From NCBI GenBank assembly GCA_001577715.1, contig LQAA01000069.1, positions 3,703 to 67,702 on the forward strand: DNA of 64,000 bases. The letters are read 5' to 3'. Source of the stretch: Candidatus Adiutrix intracellularis. Lineage in GTDB: Bacteria; Desulfobacterota; Desulfarculia; Adiutricales; Adiutricaceae. The notes below the pieces were generated by a model. The model did not search any database, was not told where the DNA came from, and worked only from the letters and a program-made list of their open reading frames with translations. Positions within the stretch are counted from its first letter, which is position 1. Every line of letters begins with the position of its first letter. A program made the position numbers and the translations under genes. This document shows, in pieces, positions 21,900 to 33,424 of the stretch.

Positions 21900-22620
21900 T
21901 ACCTTAAAAAAGTAAATAACTCTCGCATCTATAAGGCGAAACCTATCCTACACGATATTTTATCCGTAGTTCTGTAACTCCACATACTGCGCATTAAATT
22001 AAGGAATATCAAATTCCTCATATTGAATATTCCCCAGAGACAGAAACGCTTTGACGTGAACTACGAAATTGACGGGGCGGAGCTAGTAAAGGTCGAAATG
22101 TAGTCTGGGGTAATACGCGACGCTAATACCGGTAACGCACACGTCAATCTGAAGAATTACTCTATTTTTATTTATACGGTTTATATTCTTCACAAGATAA
22201 CGGAGGAATACGCTATACAGACTGTTTCGCAACTTTAACGTAACTTTAATTCCCCGCGCATGAGGATTTTTTAACCCGCTTTAATCTTCCGAAACGCAAA
22301 AGATGAAGCACTTTCGGATACTATCGACATTATTTTCATCGAACTTTTAAAGTTCAGAAAAATATTAAAGACGCCATGGAGCTAAAGGGCTCCTATGAAA
22401 ATATAGAATATTTTCTTCGCAGCAAATGGCAGACCGAAATACAGAGAAGTATTGGAAAAAATAATTCATGCAAGAAAAGAAACAAAAATAGCTAGTATAT
22501 TATTGGCAGGTATCAGCAGTGACCTGGAACAGATAGATTAGGATCACGTAATATATTGAGAAAGAGAAACATGAGTTTACCCGAAAGTTTATCAGACGGA
22601 ACAGACCGATAGGTGAAAAC
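21900..22620 (+). pseudogene. Rpn-family (PD-(D/E)xK_2) nuclease/transposase-like pseudogene
   Basis: KRFDVN..VKVEM* (D..D..E-M-Q motif), NLKNYSI.YL..L.SSQ, LSDTIDIIFIEL, IASILLAGIS.D; frameshifted. Confidence 0.7.
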
Positions 22621-22915
22621 ATAAAAAAATACAAAATTATCCCCCTCTGAAATCGAAAGATTACAACGTGGTTAACCGGAATAACTGTTTCTACCGCTCC
22701 ATCAATTATCTCTCCATAAAAATATTGAAAGTAATGGTCGCGTATCCACTCTTAAACAACTCAATCGTTGATTAAGTCTTCAAGCTATTTTTATAATTAA
22801 TAACCCTCAAATTAAGCGAATATTTTTAAACGGACGTCTGCGACGAAATATTTTCAGTCCCCTCCATTTGAACGCGGTGGCTGCCCCCAAAAAAAATATC
22901 CGCCTGAACTGAACC

Positions 22916-24171
22916 CTACGATTCTAATCTTGTTATATTTTATATTTAATCTATCGAAACATACTTGAATTTATATTAAATTATATTAAAATATACCCAC
23001 GAGCCATTTGAAGAAAAATATATTCTTGCCTTGGGAGCAGGCTGAAGAAGCACCAGGTAAACATTTCGGTCAAAATACTCATTATTCCATATCTAACACA
23101 TACTTAGCTGAATTTTCTGTTTTTTTATATGGAATTCTTCCTTTCTGACTCACCAACGCACTCTTCAAGGACTGTATAGTCGTCCCAATTTACAAACTCT
23201 TTTTCAAAGCGTATAAATTCCTATAAAATACATTATCGAAATTGCTCTACAAAAAAATATTCCGACGGTGACATAGAGTGCTTTCACAGACTTTTAGTAG
23301 TAGCCTTTGTCACACTGGGCTAAAATATAGACCTGCCCCTAGCTCTAGAATTTATAATCCCGCAAGATATAGGTATAAAAAATAAAACTGCGAATAAAAA
23401 ACTACTGCGCGCTGATTGGATAAATAGACTTTAAAAGTTAAAGAACTGCGCCCCATATTTATTGGGTAATAACCTTTATACTCACCAACCATTCCACAAA
23501 AAATTTTTAATTCTGAGTTTAGATTTATCTTTACCTGTAACTATTCTAGCCACAAGACTTTACAAGAGTATTTTTCTGGAGTTAAGCTGGACGGCTTATC
23601 TTTAGGTAAGCTCATTCTAAGCAAAAACCGAATAAAACATCAGGATAATTAGTTAGAATAAATTTTAATTCGCAATAATGAAATTTCTTTGAATGGCAAC
23701 TGAATCCATCTTTAAATAGCAAATTCCGCCGATAAAATAAAGTCTTTGATCTGTAACTTCATTACCGACTTTAAATCTTCCAAACACAACATTGAAAGTT
23801 TACTCAGATACGCTAATAGTTAGTGGAAAAGAAAAAATAAAACCTCTAACTTCTTAAAAAATAACAGCTACCTTTTGAAGTATAAATTCAGATACGAAAA
23901 AAAATCCTCGCCGCACTCCTGGTAGTATTTATTTTACCGACCTTCATCATACATAGCGTTTGCTAGTTGATCAAAATACTATGGCAGAAAGCGCAAAATA
24001 GTTTCAATACTAAAAGCCATCTCTTCATTAATTCTTGATCCATCATAATGTATCACCTCTTCACCTCCCAGGATGCGCTCCTTAAGACTATCATATCAGG
24101 CATCCCAGCATCACAAATACGCTAATCTAATCTTCATTCTTAATCATATAACCTTAGAATGAGAATTATTA
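22916..24171 (+). mobile_element. ISNCY-type IS relic A with both ends
   Basis: FLTHQR..NLQTLF, LPLALEFIIPQD, homology to 48740-49704. Left 70 bp is homologous to 36107-36180. Right IR TTAGAATGAGAATTATTA. Confidence 0.8.
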
Positions 24172-24189
24172 TAATTACAAGAATAGGGC

Positions 24190-24218
24190 TTTAAGAATTA
24201 AAAATAAAATGATAAAAT
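24190..24218 (+). promoter_or_regulatory. sigma70 promoter of ahcY
   Basis: TTTAAG, 17 bp, TAAAAT with extended TG; predicted start site coincides with the riboswitch 5' end. Confidence 0.55.
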
Positions 24219-24225
24219 AAATCTT

Positions 24226-24299
24226 TTCGTGAGGGAGTGCTGCAAAAAAATAAATCTTTTCAGGCTCGTATAATAACGGCACTCACTATTTTGGGAGTG
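24226..24299 (+). promoter_or_regulatory. SAH riboswitch with SD-sequestering hairpin
   Basis: GAGGGAGTGCTGC...CAGGCTCG...AACGGCACTCA matches the SAH riboswitch consensus; lies directly upstream of ahcY. Confidence 0.8.
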
Positions 24300-24306
24300 T
24301 AACTAA

Positions 24307-25698
24307 ATGGATTACAAAATTGCCGATTTATCACTGGCTGATTGGGGCCGCAAAGAATTAAACATAGCCGAAACCGAAATGCCGGGGCTAATGGCCCTCC
24401 GGACCAAATATAGTCAAGCTAAACCCCTAACGGGCGCCCGCATTGCTGGCTCTCTTCACATGACCATTCAGACCGGAGTTTTAATGGAAACTCTGGTAAT
24501 CCTAGGCGCGCAGTTGCGCTGGGCTTCCTGCAATATCTTTTCTACCCAGGATCACGCAGCTGCGGCCATGGTTCAAAACGGCATTCCTACCTTCGCCTAC
24601 AAAGGCGAAAGTCTGGCGGACTATTGGGAGTATTGCCACCGAATTTTAGACTGGCCGACCGACCAGCCCGCCAACATGATTCTGGACGACGGTGGTGATG
24701 CCACCTTACTGATTACTCTGGGAGCTAGAGCGGAAAAAGACCCGGCGGCGCTAGCCACTCCCGACAGCAAAGAAACCTCTGTTCTGTTCGCAACCATTAA
24801 ACGTTATCTAACCCAAGATAAGAACTGGTATTCCCGGCGCCTAACCCACCTCAAGGGGGTAACTGAGGAAACCACCACCGGCGTCCATCGCCTGTATCAA
24901 ATGCAGGCGGCCGGCATTTTACCTTTCCCAGCTATCAACGTTAACGATTCAGTGACCAAATCGAAATTTGACAACCTGTACGGCTGCCGAGAAAGTTTGA
25001 TCGATGGTCTCAAGAGAGCTACCGATGTTATGATAGCCGGTAAAATAGCAACAGTTTTAGGCTACGGAGACGTGGGTAAGGGTTGTGCACAGAGCCTCCG
25101 TAGTCTGGGGGCCACAGTCTGGATCACGGAGATCGACCCTATTTGTGCTCTGCAGGCCGCTATGGAAGGTTATCGCGTGGTGCGACTAGAAGAAATAGTC
25201 GACCAAGCCGACATCTTCGTCACTGCTACTGGTAACACCAATGTTATTACCCACGACCACCTTAGGGCCATGCACAACCAGGCTATTGTTTGTAATATCG
25301 GCCATTTCGACAGCGAAATTGATGTAATATCTCTAAAACAATATAAGTGGGATAACATCAAACCTCAGGTCGATCACATAATTTTCCCCGACGGCAAGCG
25401 CATTATTTTACTAGCCGAGGGGCGACTGGTCAACCTAGGCTGTGCCACGGGACACCCTAGTTTCGTTATGAGCACCAGCTTCACTAACCAGGTTTTGGCC
25501 CAAATGGAATTATTCAACAACCAAAATGGTAAATACCAAAATAAGGTCTATACCCTACCCAAACACCTGGACGAAATGGTGGCCCGTCTACACCTGAACC
25601 GCATCGGAGCTAAGCTAACTACTCTAACCGAAGCCCAAGCTAAATACATCGGCGTGACCGTGGACGGTCCCTACAAAGCTGACTATTACCGCTATTAA
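24307..25698 (+). CDS. ahcY: S-adenosylhomocysteine hydrolase
   Basis: [51 protein letters not shown]-terminal YRY. Confidence 0.98.
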   Translation: MDYKIADLSLADWGRKELNIAETEMPGLMALRTKYSQAKPLTGARIAGSLHMTIQTGVLMETLVILGAQLRWASCNIFSTQDHAAAAMVQNGIPTFAYKGESLADYWEYCHRILDWPTDQPANMILDDGGDATLLITLGARAEKDPAALATPDSKETSVLFATIKRYLTQDKNWYSRRLTHLKGVTEETTTGVHRLYQMQAAGILPFPAINVNDSVTKSKFDNLYGCRESLIDGLKRATDVMIAGKIATVLGYGDVGKGCAQSLRSLGATVWITEIDPICALQAAMEGYRVVRLEEIVDQADIFVTATGNTNVITHDHLRAMHNQAIVCNIGHFDSEIDVISLKQYKWDNIKPQVDHIIFPDGKRIILLAEGRLVNLGCATGHPSFVMSTSFTNQVLAQMELFNNQNGKYQNKVYTLPKHLDEMVARLHLNRIGAKLTTLTEAQAKYIGVTVDGPYKADYYRY

Positions 25699-25712
25699 TT
25701 TTTAGGTTTAAT

Positions 25713-25806
25713 GGAGAGGTACCGAAGAGGTCGTAACGGGGACGACTCGAAATCGTCTTGTCGGCGATGAACCGACACGTGGGTTCGAATCCCACCCTCT
25801 CCGCCA
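25713..25806 (+). tRNA. tRNA-Ser(CGA)
   Basis: GGAGAGG/CCTCTCC acceptor stem, GACGA-CTCGAAA-TCGTC anticodon arm, long variable arm, GGTTCGAATCC, CCA. Confidence 0.97.
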
Positions 25807-25899
25807 AATTATAGTAACATAACATTCCATATAGACCTACCTATAATAAAATAAATAATTTAAATCTTTTTTGTTCCTTATAATCGCAATAAAAATATT

Positions 25900-26847
25900 A
25901 ACTTTCTATAGAATAGCCCGTAACACGCTGACGAGGGAGACCTGTATATCTATCTACCCCCAACTAGGGTGAAGCTCTGGCAAATTAATTATCATTTTAA
26001 TGAAAAAAAGAAACTACTGACTCTGGGAGCTTGCCTAATGATAGCCCTGGTGGATACCCGCTAGAAATTACTTAAGTCGAAGTGTAACTGGTCGCTTCCA
26101 TTAACCCATTGGCCGCTAAGGAAGCCGTAAAAGAGCTCGTAAGGGCCGATATAAAAATGCTTTTGAACTTCTGGTTAGAAAGTACATCAGAAATCGCCGT
26201 AAGGAAAATAAGACCATTTATACCAAGAATATCTTAGCCAAGCTGGAAAAAGATGTTTCCCAAATTACCGAAGGCGTAAACGTCACAGAAAGGACGGCCC
26301 CGCAATTATTAACGACCCTGCGGCGGATTAAAGAACGAAACGCGATGAACACGGCTAGGCGATGCATGATTTACTGTAGTTAGGTCTTCAATTTGCCATT
26401 ACCACGGGCCTGGCTTCCCGAGACATTGCTGCCAACTTACATGGGGCCTTGAAGATTCCAGCCCAACGATATATAACCAATATAATCGACCCGGTCAAGA
26501 TTGGCGAACAGCTCAGGGTTATTACACCTACGCTGGAGGCCCTCCAACTAGGCTAACCCTGCTTATGGCACTGTTTACATTTACGCGTCCAACTGAACTC
26601 CGCACCTAGGGTTTATCCGAGAATAAATGACCGCTCACAAATTTCGAACGACAACCACTACCTTCTTAAATAAAAAAAGTTATAATTGCAACTAGATTGA
26701 ATACCAACTAACCCATAAGCAAAGAAATACTATTAGAGTCGCCTATACTATGCTAAATATTTATTGAAACACCGAAAAACAATGTAAAACTAGGCTGACT
26801 ATTTAGTTAAATTTCAGGCCGAAAAAAATAATAATGAAAGAAGGTAA
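25900..26847 (+). pseudogene. P4-like tyrosine integrase pseudogene next to tRNA-Ser
   Basis: ADEGDLYIY..KLWQINYHF..KLLTLG (Arm domain), LEKDV, LRRIKER, RPTELR, HKFR, IEYQLTH..RVAY, ADYL. Internal deletion, stops and frameshifts. Confidence 0.85.
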
Positions 26848-26871
26848 AAAGTCTTACTGATTAATTTAATA

Positions 26872-27916
26872 AAACACACAAATAAATAAGCCCTCAGTTT
26901 GAATTCTCTGTTACATTACCTCCTGTCCGAACTTGAGTATGGGAGGGCTCATACGGAAGACAACACGATCAAACGAGACAAGTTCACAATTTCGCCTGCT
27001 CTGAACGACCTAATCAGAGTTTATCTTGAATTTCGGCAGGATTGTTCAGAAAGTCTCAATCTAAAAATCGTCAAAAAGTTCCTTGAAGACCTTTTTAACT
27101 TTATGAAAAAAATTAGACAAAGAACGGCCGGAACCGAATATTTTCTAGCTGTAACGCAGATAGGAAATATAATGTTACGGTTTCAGGAAAATCAAAAAAC
27201 CTAAATTTAAAGCTATTGTACGATGAAGTAATAAAAATAAATAAGATTGCTTTGATAATAAAAAAATTGAATGCCGCAAAAAAAAAGATCAAGCTGAGAA
27301 GGTACCAGATCTTTCCCAGGATTATTATAACAATGATAGACAAGCTGCTCTGTCCACATAAATGAGCTTAATCTTCTCGACTCCAGCCTCCACCAAAAGA
27401 CTAACAGAACTAACAAACAAAAAATAGCTTCCCTTCTTAACTAATCCCTGAGCTAGATACGCTTCCGTTTAAAATAATCTTTTAAATCATACTGAAAATA
27501 GCACGTTAGATACAAGGATTAAACTCTTATACGGCGACCTAGAAAGTCTTAACGCGAAATACCCCATAAATATAAACGAGGAGCCCATACAAGTCGTAAT
27601 CAATACTGTAGCTAAAAGCAAGTTCAACTTGACTAAATACTTGAATAACAACAAAGATAACATCGATTACAATTCATATCTAAGAATAAGGTTGGTTCAT
27701 CAGTAACGGAGCGGGAACAGAACCGTACTTTAACAACGATTGAAGCACCCTGGAATGTTTTGAAATATTAAAAATAGCCAGTGCATCCTAACCCTAATAT
27801 CCACGACCAAGAATAAATTTTAGAAACAAGCTATTGAAAAGACTCTCTTTAGAAGCTATAAACTTGAAAAGGACATCTGAGTTAAAGAATAAAAAATACT
27901 TCTTTTTTTGTACCCC
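26872..27916 (+). mobile_element. ISLre2-like (UPF0236 Mutator-type) IS relic A, internally deleted
   Basis: LDTLPFKI, VINTV fused to YLNNNKDNIDY, SGNRTVL*QRLKHPGM. Homologous to 62976-64000. Right end CTTCTTTTTTTGTACCCC is an inverted match to the left end GAGATGCCAAAAAAATAAG of copy B. Confidence 0.75.
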
Positions 27917-27931
27917 ACTGTAAGAAATCTC

Positions 27932-27959
27932 TTAACAAAGTTATTTCCACTTTTAAACT
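27932..27959 (+). promoter_or_regulatory. Possible sigma70 promoter of the former pfkA
   Basis: TTAACA, 16 bp, TAAACT; begins 15 bp after the putative IS right end. Confidence 0.35.
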
Positions 27960-28141
27960 ACTACCGATTGTGGTTAAAATTGGTCCGATTCCCAAAATAA
28001 TCCTAATAAGGTCGGTCGGCCCCATTCTATAACTCAAGCCAAGATTTTGCGTCTTGATTATTATCCCCGATTATTTTAAAATGAATTAAAAGTTGTAGAT
28101 TATAAATAGCTTTAATAAAAAATTTTTAAAAGAGAACCCTC

Positions 28142-28606
28142 ATGAGCTTAAAAATAGGTATTTTAACCAATACCAATGCTTACGCCAGCTTAAGTAGTAC
28201 CGCCAAGTGGGTAACCAAGATAACCACAAACCCCCAATTAGACACCTACCACAGCGAGGCTTTCGAAGTAATAGGTCTGTGGGAGGATTGGACGGACCTG
28301 ATTAAGATCGACCCCACTTACCTGGCTTCGGTAGAATACTGGGCATGGCCTCTAAACGAGTTAACCGCTCGAACCTGGGACCACCAGGGCGATAATGTTC
28401 TAGGCAGCTCCCGCACCAACTCCTTCAACCCCAAAAATGATTTCAACCATATAACTACCTTCCACAACGGCCAGATTACATCGATTTCCCTAAAACAGAT
28501 CCTAGAACATATATATATAGTGGATGTGGATAGACTCTATAACCCTGTTTCCTGTAGCGACCACCGCTCTTCTATACTGCCATGGTCGTTCAAAGTAAGG
28601 GCCTGA
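28142..28606 (+). pseudogene. pfkA: 6-phosphofructokinase N-terminal remnant
   Basis: KIGILT..KWVTK..FEVIGL..W..RTWD.QG..LGSSRTNSFNPKND. The GGD motif is lost (NTN), and the frame ends before the GGDD/PKTIDND region. Confidence 0.7.
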
Positions 28607-28611
28607 CAAAA

Positions 28612-29349
28612 ATGCGGTCTGTCCGTTTCCTAACCCATCTTGGGTTTCTTCTTCTAGTCATCTTCTGGGCATCAACTGCCCCGGCTCAACCCAGCCCGTT
28701 CCTGACAACCACTCCTTCACCAAGATCCAATCCAACTCTAGGAGCCGCTGGACCGGCCGCGGCCGACTTAACCCGCATCTTCACCGTAGGTACCCGCTGG
28801 GCTATGTACAGCGCGCCCCAAAACGGTCGACTAACCCGTGAAGACTTCGAATTTCTAGTTAAATCTATCAGGAAAACACAATTCGCCGCTGAAAACGTGC
28901 AAGTTGTGGTCATAATCCACAACAGCGGTATTCAGGGCACTATTGGCCTGGTGGAAAAACGAAATCAGCGACTAACTAGCGCTTTTATTACCCCTAACGG
29001 CCCTTCGCCCTTTGAACTATGGCATCGGGTAGGCTACCGTTGTAACCCGGAAAAAATTTTGGCCGACTACCAGGAGAACATCTTGGCAGCTGAAGAGACC
29101 TACCACGATCTACCCTTGTTGTTCACCGGAATAACTAAGCGGGTAGCCAAAGATAACCGGGGGCGGGTCTTCGTAGAATTCAGCCTTAACCATTCCGACC
29201 TAACTTTAGCTTGCTATCCTTGGCCGGAATCCCCCCAAGGACTAGATCTCAAAAACCTTAAAACCGGCCAGCATATAGATGTAAGCGGACAATTTATTGA
29301 ATATTATATCGGCGGCCTCAAATTACGAAATTGCCTTTTCAGCCGCTGA
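28612..29349 (+). CDS. Secreted protein with a C-terminal tRNA_anti-like OB fold
   Basis: Signal peptide MRSVRFLTHLGFLLLVIFWASTAPA; C-terminal YQENILAAEETY..FTG..V..LKTGQ.I.VSG..LRNC pattern. Confidence 0.65.
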   Translation: MRSVRFLTHLGFLLLVIFWASTAPAQPSPFLTTTPSPRSNPTLGAAGPAAADLTRIFTVGTRWAMYSAPQNGRLTREDFEFLVKSIRKTQFAAENVQVVVIIHNSGIQGTIGLVEKRNQRLTSAFITPNGPSPFELWHRVGYRCNPEKILADYQENILAAEETYHDLPLLFTGITKRVAKDNRGRVFVEFSLNHSDLTLACYPWPESPQGLDLKNLKTGQHIDVSGQFIEYYIGGLKLRNCLFSR

Positions 29350-29693
29350 ATCCGCATGTAAGCTTATACTTTCACAAATCACTCTATACTTAAATTTTTG
29401 ACCGTACACGCTTAAAAACTAACTATATTATTATGATCTACAGATCGCCCCCCTAACATTAAAAATAACGCTTATTATCGCATTAAGCCCGGTTTAATCA
29501 GCGGCCGCTCTTTAAATCGCCCCCTAGTAAAAAACCCAGAAAATTAATTCGCTATCCAGTATTCGGAGTAATTAGTCAGGCTATAATATTCTTTTCCCCA
29601 GTTCCCCAGGGATAACGATCTACATAATCACCTGATTAAATTAATCTATGCGAAAATCTATTTCAAAATTACGCTGACCGCCCAAATGTATTA

Positions 29694-29948
29694 CATCTTT
29701 ATCAAGAATAATTTCACACTTAAAAAAATTTTTATTGTACTTATTTATAATAATTAACCAACTTATTTTTTTGTTAATTTTTCTTAACTACACAAAAAAT
29801 TAAACAACATTTTGAAAGCTCAACTAACATAATAAAGAGTAAAGGAATCTATTTTAGTAGATTAATATTATAATTATATACTATTACTACAAAAAAATTA
29901 ACCCAACTGGAAAAATTAACAACATAAAATTACTTTTGGCGAGGGTAT
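29694..29948 (-). mobile_element. MITE family copy 3
   Basis: Reverse-complement core TAAAGAGTAAAGGAATCTATTTTAGTAGATTAAT; eroded IRs; flanks AATGTATTA/AATATATCT. Confidence 0.75.
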
Positions 29949-32007
29949 AATATATCTAAATACTGAAATACATAAATTATATTCCCTCCCCAATGACCCC
30001 CACGAAGCTTACCTCCTGTGCCCTCCTAGAATCGAATCTAGCCAGGTTACCCACCATTTATGTACAATATATCGATCATTAATCAGTACGAAATTTTTAA
30101 ATCTATCCCCAAAAACTACCGTCAGATGTTTTTTTATTAATCCTTTTTAGATTCTCAACACCAACGCCGACTCGACCAAGTACGGGGTAACCCTGCTAAA
30201 AAGCTTCAGGCCAAAACAAAAAAAGAAAAAATTCTTTATCTAAAATTCATGCTGGATAGCCCGATGTCCCCTCCCAGCATCAGCACCAACGCAAATCTAA
30301 ATTCCCGCTTTACGGCAGCCATTCAAGAAAAGAATAGGAGAACCCTGAAGCGCCTGTTAGATGAAACTTATGAGGCCTGAAAATATAACCTCTACCTCCA
30401 AAATAATATTAATAATTATATTATTTTGAGTAAAAACCTCTTCCTGCTTTATCATAAAAACAAGGTCCCTCTTGTGTTTACCACCGACGTTCCTAAAATC
30501 CTATGCAGCACCCTAACCAAGCAATATGCACCAACCAACCTACAGAATAAAGAAAGGCAGGAACCGAAAAACATCACCGGAGTTTTTTAATCTGATCGTC
30601 AAATAATCGACAACATTTTCCGATTACTAACTAAATCCCGGTATCCGGTATGAGGTAGTTTGTTCCTAGCTGGACTGACCAAACAAAAACTAAACCCCAT
30701 CTCAAATCAAATAACGAAACTTTCCATATTTCAGGGTGGCCAATTCCAACAGACGTCTGTTAGAAGACACCGGCCCGGCGGAGTCTAGATTATGGACCAG
30801 CCAAAAAGTAACGCCGAGGATAACCAAAATCTGAGAGCCCTGGTACCCCTGACACGACTCCAGACGTCGGTTTAAAAAGCCGAGTTCAGATATCGCCCCA
30901 CGAAGCAATACCCGAATTAAGCGCACCGTACCTTCTCCAACATCTATGCAACAATAGCCAGAACTTCATCCAGGTTAAATTTGCTTAAAGCCAAGCTAGC
31001 TGGTACCCCGCCAGAAACCCTGGTTTAAATCAACCAAGCCACCTAAGTCGGAGCTAAGAGATAGAGAGGCTGGCAACAAGTCGTAGGCCACCAACCTATA
31101 GATCGGGAAGAAAGTTTCCAGTACCTAAACGGCGCATGAAGAGCCTTCCCATAAAGCCAGATCCAATTAATCGAAACTAGGCTAAGAAGAAACTCAAAAG
31201 TCTGAAACTAACCCGACCATAGAGATATTTTTTCCTAAGACCTTCATCTTTCTATAAGGTTGAAGAAACGGTGATCACCAGAAAAGCTACCGGAAGTAGA
31301 GATAAAAGCAAAATTAGAACAGTCCAACCCACCACTTTTCCAGAGCTAATATAACTATTCTCCGACCTGGTTTCAAGCTAAGGTCTCCACCTTAACCTTT
31401 CTACTATCGGCTGATCTAGGCTAATAATTAAATTATTACTTACCACCTAAAATCGCAAGTCTTAGCCAGCAAGTCTAATCTTTAGTAAAGACGTCTTATT
31501 TATAGCTCCAGCCATAAATCCAACCATACCAACCAACCTAGGTGGACATAGCAGATATGCTGAAATATTTTCAAGCTATTCAGAACCCCGTATTCATCCA
31601 GGATCTAGCCTACGCAGGCCATGGTGACAGCAATTGTTTTACCAACGAACCCATTCTGACCCAGAGAGGCGATAGTAAAACAGCGATTAAGAAAAACTTT
31701 TAACTGGTCAAAAACGTCGACCCAGTAAACAAAAGTAGCCAGAACCAAAACCGCAGCGTGATGCAACTAAAAGTAAATAGTTTTATATCATCATCCTGGA
31801 AACATTTGTCGCCGTTATGCTAGCAAGTCTCACAAACCAAACTAAGTTTAATATCCAACCCGAATAAATTAAGCACTTCCATCTAACCACTGGCCTCGGC
31901 CACACCTTCGCCCACGGCCCGGCTCAAAGTGTTAGAATTAGAACCCTTACAAGAACTACTTAATATTATAATCGTTATCTGTCCAATTTTTACGGCCCTC
32001 CTGAAAG

Positions 32008-32787
32008 CTAATCCACAGCTACAGCAGCTAGGCGAAATAAAATAAAAACCTCCTGGTTGCCGGCGGGTCCGGCCAATCGGGAAGGGGCCCGGCCGGCCTC
32101 GGAGCGAGGTGGGGTTAAAAACAACCCCAGGGCACTAATTTTATCCACCGCCGCTTTAATCGCAGCCGGATCCCGCACCACCCCTTTTTTACCCACCTGA
32201 GCCCGACCAACTTCAAATTGAGGCTTAACTAGAGCCAGAAGCCACCCTTCCGGCCGCAAGAGACAGGCCGCCTGAGGTAGGACTAATTCTAAAGAAATAA
32301 AGGAAACATCCATAGTTATTAAATCAAAACTCTGACTAGATAGTTCCGTCGCTAAGCGCCGAGCATTAAGCCCTTCCACCAAGGTCACTCGCGGGTCGGC
32401 TCTTAGACGGGAATCGATTAAATTACGCCCCACATCAACTGCTATCACCCTAACCGCTCCATACTGCAAAAGGCAATCAGTAAAACCGCCGGTGGAAGCA
32501 CCCACATCCAAAGCCACTAGACCGGCCGGATCTAGCCCCAGATCCTGAAGTGCCCCTTCCAGTTTTAACCCCCCCCGACTAACGAAACGCCGCCGAGGGG
32601 TCAAGGTAAAAACCGTACCGTCAGGTAATTTTTCTCCAGCTTTCAGCACTGGACGATCCCTAGCCCGAACGCCTCCAGCCATAATCAAAGCTTGAGCTTG
32701 GCTACGGCTTTGGGCCAATCCCGCCTCGGTTAGCAACTCATCGGCTCTTTTACGGGTTAGAATTTTTTTAGCGTAATCGATAAGCAT
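32008..32787 (-). CDS. tlyA: TlyA-family rRNA 2'-O-methyltransferase
   Basis: S4 domain, FVSRGGLKL, LDVGASTGGFTD, DVSFISL, LVKPQFE, GN.E. Confidence 0.93.
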   Translation of the reverse strand: MLIDYAKKILTRKRADELLTEAGLAQSRSQAQALIMAGGVRARDRPVLKAGEKLPDGTVFTLTPRRRFVSRGGLKLEGALQDLGLDPAGLVALDVGASTGGFTDCLLQYGAVRVIAVDVGRNLIDSRLRADPRVTLVEGLNARRLATELSSQSFDLITMDVSFISLELVLPQAACLLRPEGWLLALVKPQFEVGRAQVGKKGVVRDPAAIKAAVDKISALGLFLTPPRSEAGRAPSRLAGPAGNQEVFILFRLAAVAVD

Positions 32788-32833
32788 AACTATAAAATAT
32801 TATTTTTTACCAAAACAAGTAAGCAGTTAAAAT

Positions 32834-33397
32834 TTAAAACTCCATAATTTCTTTTTCTTTAGTCACCACTATGACCTCAGCTTGCCTAATAAAATCGTCA
32901 GTCATTTTTTGCACTTTAGTTTCGGCCTTACTCAGATCATCTTCGCTTATTTCCTTATTTTTTTTAAGATCTTTCAGCATTTCATTAGCATCTCGGCGAA
33001 TATTGCGAATGGCTACCCGACCCTCTTCAGCATTTTTTTTAATCAACTTCAGAAGATCTTTCCGACGTTCCTGAGTAAGAATGGGGATGATGATACGAAT
33101 TACTTTACCATCGTTTTGGGGAGTTAAACCTAATTCCGACTTCAGAATAGCTTTTTCAATTTCACCCATAGCTTGAGCGTCCCAGGGTTGAATCATCAAC
33201 AGATGCGGATCAGGAGTGATAACCGAAGCCATCTGGGTTAAAGGGGTGGGGACGCCATAATAGTCAGCAACTAAACCATCTAAAAGAGCCGGGGTAGCTC
33301 GCCCGGTACGAATTTTGATAAAACTTTTACCCAGAGCCAGAACGGCTTTCCCCATGCGATCCATAAGATCACCATAAATGTCATCTACCCTGCTCAT
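32834..33397 (-). CDS. frr: Ribosome recycling factor
   Basis: IRTGRA, PQNDG, RVAIRNIRRDAN, KEKEIM. Confidence 0.97.
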   Translation of the reverse strand: MSRVDDIYGDLMDRMGKAVLALGKSFIKIRTGRATPALLDGLVADYYGVPTPLTQMASVITPDPHLLMIQPWDAQAMGEIEKAILKSELGLTPQNDGKVIRIIIPILTQERRKDLLKLIKKNAEEGRVAIRNIRRDANEMLKDLKKNKEISEDDLSKAETKVQKMTDDFIRQAEVIVVTKEKEIMEF

Positions 33398-33424
33398 GCT
33401 ATAGAACTCCCATTCAGATAAAAG

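Noticed and set aside
29950-31950. Decayed coding segments upstream of tlyA's 3' end
   Set aside because: They are probably pseudogenes, but no family could be supported.
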